Source of the DNA: Methanosarcinales archaeon
GTDB taxonomy: Archaea; Halobacteriota; Methanosarcinia; Methanosarcinales; Methanogasteraceae
DNA: 57,190 nucleotides
NCBI GenBank assembly: GCA_030604085.1
Contig: JAUVWP010000001.1
Location: 1 to 57,190, forward strand
Direction: 5' to 3'
Made by a program: the position numbers and the translations under genes. The notes below the pieces were generated by a model. It was given only the letters and a program-made list of their open reading frames with translations, was not told the DNA's origin and searched no databases. Of this stretch, positions 55,974 to 57,190 are shown one piece after another. How positions within the stretch are numbered: the stretch's first letter is position 1; each line of letters opens with the position of its first letter.

Positions 55974-56252
55974 ATGTCACAGGAAAAGAACACGATCGAG
56001 GAATACGATGCGATCTTAAAGGAGGTCAGGGAACTGATGGTCGCAAAGAATGCGGATTATGGGGATTCGTGGAGAGAGATGCGACTCCCGTCAATAATAG
56101 ACCAGATACTCGTTAAAGCATACAGAATACGCAGCATTGAGGAGTCGGAAGGATCTCCAAAGGTTTCCGAAGGTATTGAGTCCGAATACCGGGATATCCT
56201 GAATTACTGCGTATTCGCGCTGATAAAATTACGCGACAAAAAAACGGCATGA
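55974..56252 (+). CDS. DUF1599-family protein
   Basis: 92 aa. KNADYGDSWREMRLPSIIDQILVKAYRIRSIEES matches the DUF1599 signature as I recall it (DYG.aWr..r..sl.DQi.iK..RIrsi). An AGGTG SD lies 6 nt upstream. Confidence 0.65.
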   Translation: MSQEKNTIEEYDAILKEVRELMVAKNADYGDSWREMRLPSIIDQILVKAYRIRSIEESEGSPKVSEGIESEYRDILNYCVFALIKLRDKKTA

Positions 56253-56362
56253 GCGAAACGGAGCAGGGACGCTACAGCATCTTATGCAGCATCGGCAGCA
56301 TTCTTGCGGTGCTCTGGGGCGGGCATTGATCGAGACCTTGATATGTGCAGCGTCCTAAGCTG

Positions 56363-57190
56363 ATGACCATGAACGTTATATGCTTCGATCTGGAAGGTCC
56401 ACTGTCGCCGCAGGACAATGCCTACGAGGTGACCTCCTTAATCGAGAACGGGGATGCGATATTCGAGACGCTGAGCCGATACGACGACGTACTGGCGCTT
56501 GCGGGTCGCGAGAATTACGAGCCAGGTGATACGCTTGCGCTCATCGTCCCGTTCCTGCTTGTGCACGGGATCAGGGAAGAGGATATCACAGAGATCTCAT
56601 CGCGTGCACGGATCGTATCCGGCGCAAAGGACCTGATTGCGAGATTGATGGCAGACGACTGGGATGTGCACATCATCTCGACGAGTTATGAGCAGCACGC
56701 CTACCAGATCGGTGCAGCGCTTGGCGTTTCCAGGGATCATATCTCATGCACGCGGCTCGACCTTGAGGGATTACGGGGGAGACTCACAGACGGCGATATC
56801 GCTTGCATTCGTGGCATCGAGGATGAGATCCTCAGCACTGAAGACGAAGAGGCGGTGTTTCGGAGATTGGATGATTTCTACTTCAATGAACTGAAAGAGA
56901 CCGCACTTGGCGATATCTTTTCAATGGTGCGGGTGGTCGGAGGTGCACGCAAGGTCCAGGCGATGGAGGAGATCGCTGCCAGCCACGGCATGACGCCCGG
57001 GGACGCGGTCGTTGTTGGGGATTCGATCACCGACTTTGCGATGCTCGGGTGTGTGCGGGATGCGGGTGGGATTGCGATCGTTTTTAATGGCAACGAGTAC
57101 GCAGCCCCTTATGCGAACATCGTGCTCTGTGGAACCGATATCGGGCTCTTGTGGGAGTTTGCGCTGGCGTGTGCACGCGGGGATGATGCA
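56363..57190 (+). CDS. HAD-like protein (EhaR-like family), 5' partial view: the reading frame is open to the window end
   Basis: Not in the ORF track because there is no stop in the window. The hand translation from the ATG at 56363 is MTMNVICFDLEGPLSPQDNAYEVTSLIENGDAIFETLSRYDDVLA...VVGDSITDFAMLGCVRDAGGIAIVFNGNEYA... It has the HAD motif I variant FDLEGP and a motif IV-like GDSITD. It resembles the methanogen EhaR-like HAD proteins. Confidence 0.55.
   Translation, partial: MTMNVICFDLEGPLSPQDNAYEVTSLIENGDAIFETLSRYDDVLALAGRENYEPGDTLALIVPFLLVHGIREEDITEISSRARIVSGAKDLIARLMADDWDVHIISTSYEQHAYQIGAALGVSRDHISCTRLDLEGLRGRLTDGDIACIRGIEDEILSTEDEEAVFRRLDDFYFNELKETALGDIFSMVRVVGGARKVQAMEEIAASHGMTPGDAVVVGDSITDFAMLGCVRDAGGIAIVFNGNEYAAPYANIVLCGTDIGLLWEFALACARGDDA

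Overview
This 57.2-kb window is mostly housekeeping chromosome from a euryarchaeon with methanogen- or methanotroph-type C1 metabolism. I have no tools here, so nothing was computed: all calls are manual reads of the ORF track and the DNA.

Lineage evidence:
- C1 metabolism: Mmp10 (MCR arginine methyltransferase), FwdB/FwdD-like genes and an MptD-like gene.
- PGF-CTERM sorting signals and a 16-heme c-type cytochrome make a Methanosarcinales-like lineage (ANME-2, Methanoperedens or Methanothrix neighbourhood) the best guess. I cannot name the species.

Recognisable content:
- A truncated ribosomal-protein operon, rpl24-rps4e-rpl5-rps14-rps8-rpl6-rpl32e-rpl19e, whose last gene is translationally coupled to rpoD.
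- One tRNA-Leu(GAG).
- Core enzymes: CDC48, SurE, AlaRS, IlvD, ThiC, DapA, CoaBC, LeuC/HacA, Pus10, aTrm56, PorB-like and UbiD-like.
- Several secreted or surface proteins: an LVIVD repeat protein, a chagasin-like inhibitor, TSP3, PEGA and PKD proteins.
- A K+/cation module (PhoU/TrkA-C protein plus a CPA antiporter with an RCK domain).
- A few accessory scars: a tnpB fragment at the left edge, a decaying brnTA toxin-antitoxin locus, a RadC remnant and a CACAGAG-heptad hairpin repeat.
- No rRNA and no CRISPR array.

Most interesting observations:
1. An overlapping gene pair (51.5-56.0 kb) encodes two single-pass membrane proteins. Their ectodomains are unrelated (5 PKD domains versus an unknown fold), but they share a roughly 230-aa cytoplasmic C-terminal domain I do not recognise. 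A DUF1599 gene follows.
2. An in-frame TAG sits inside the essential rps4e gene, in a genome that otherwise uses TAG as a terminator.
3. A 16 x CxxCH cytochrome is built from four 4-heme modules and lies next to duplicated signal peptidases.
4. A roughly 150-nt structured leader precedes the cation:proton antiporter gene.
5. An FwdB-like protein, coupled to mptD and fwdD, may lack the metal-ligand cysteine.
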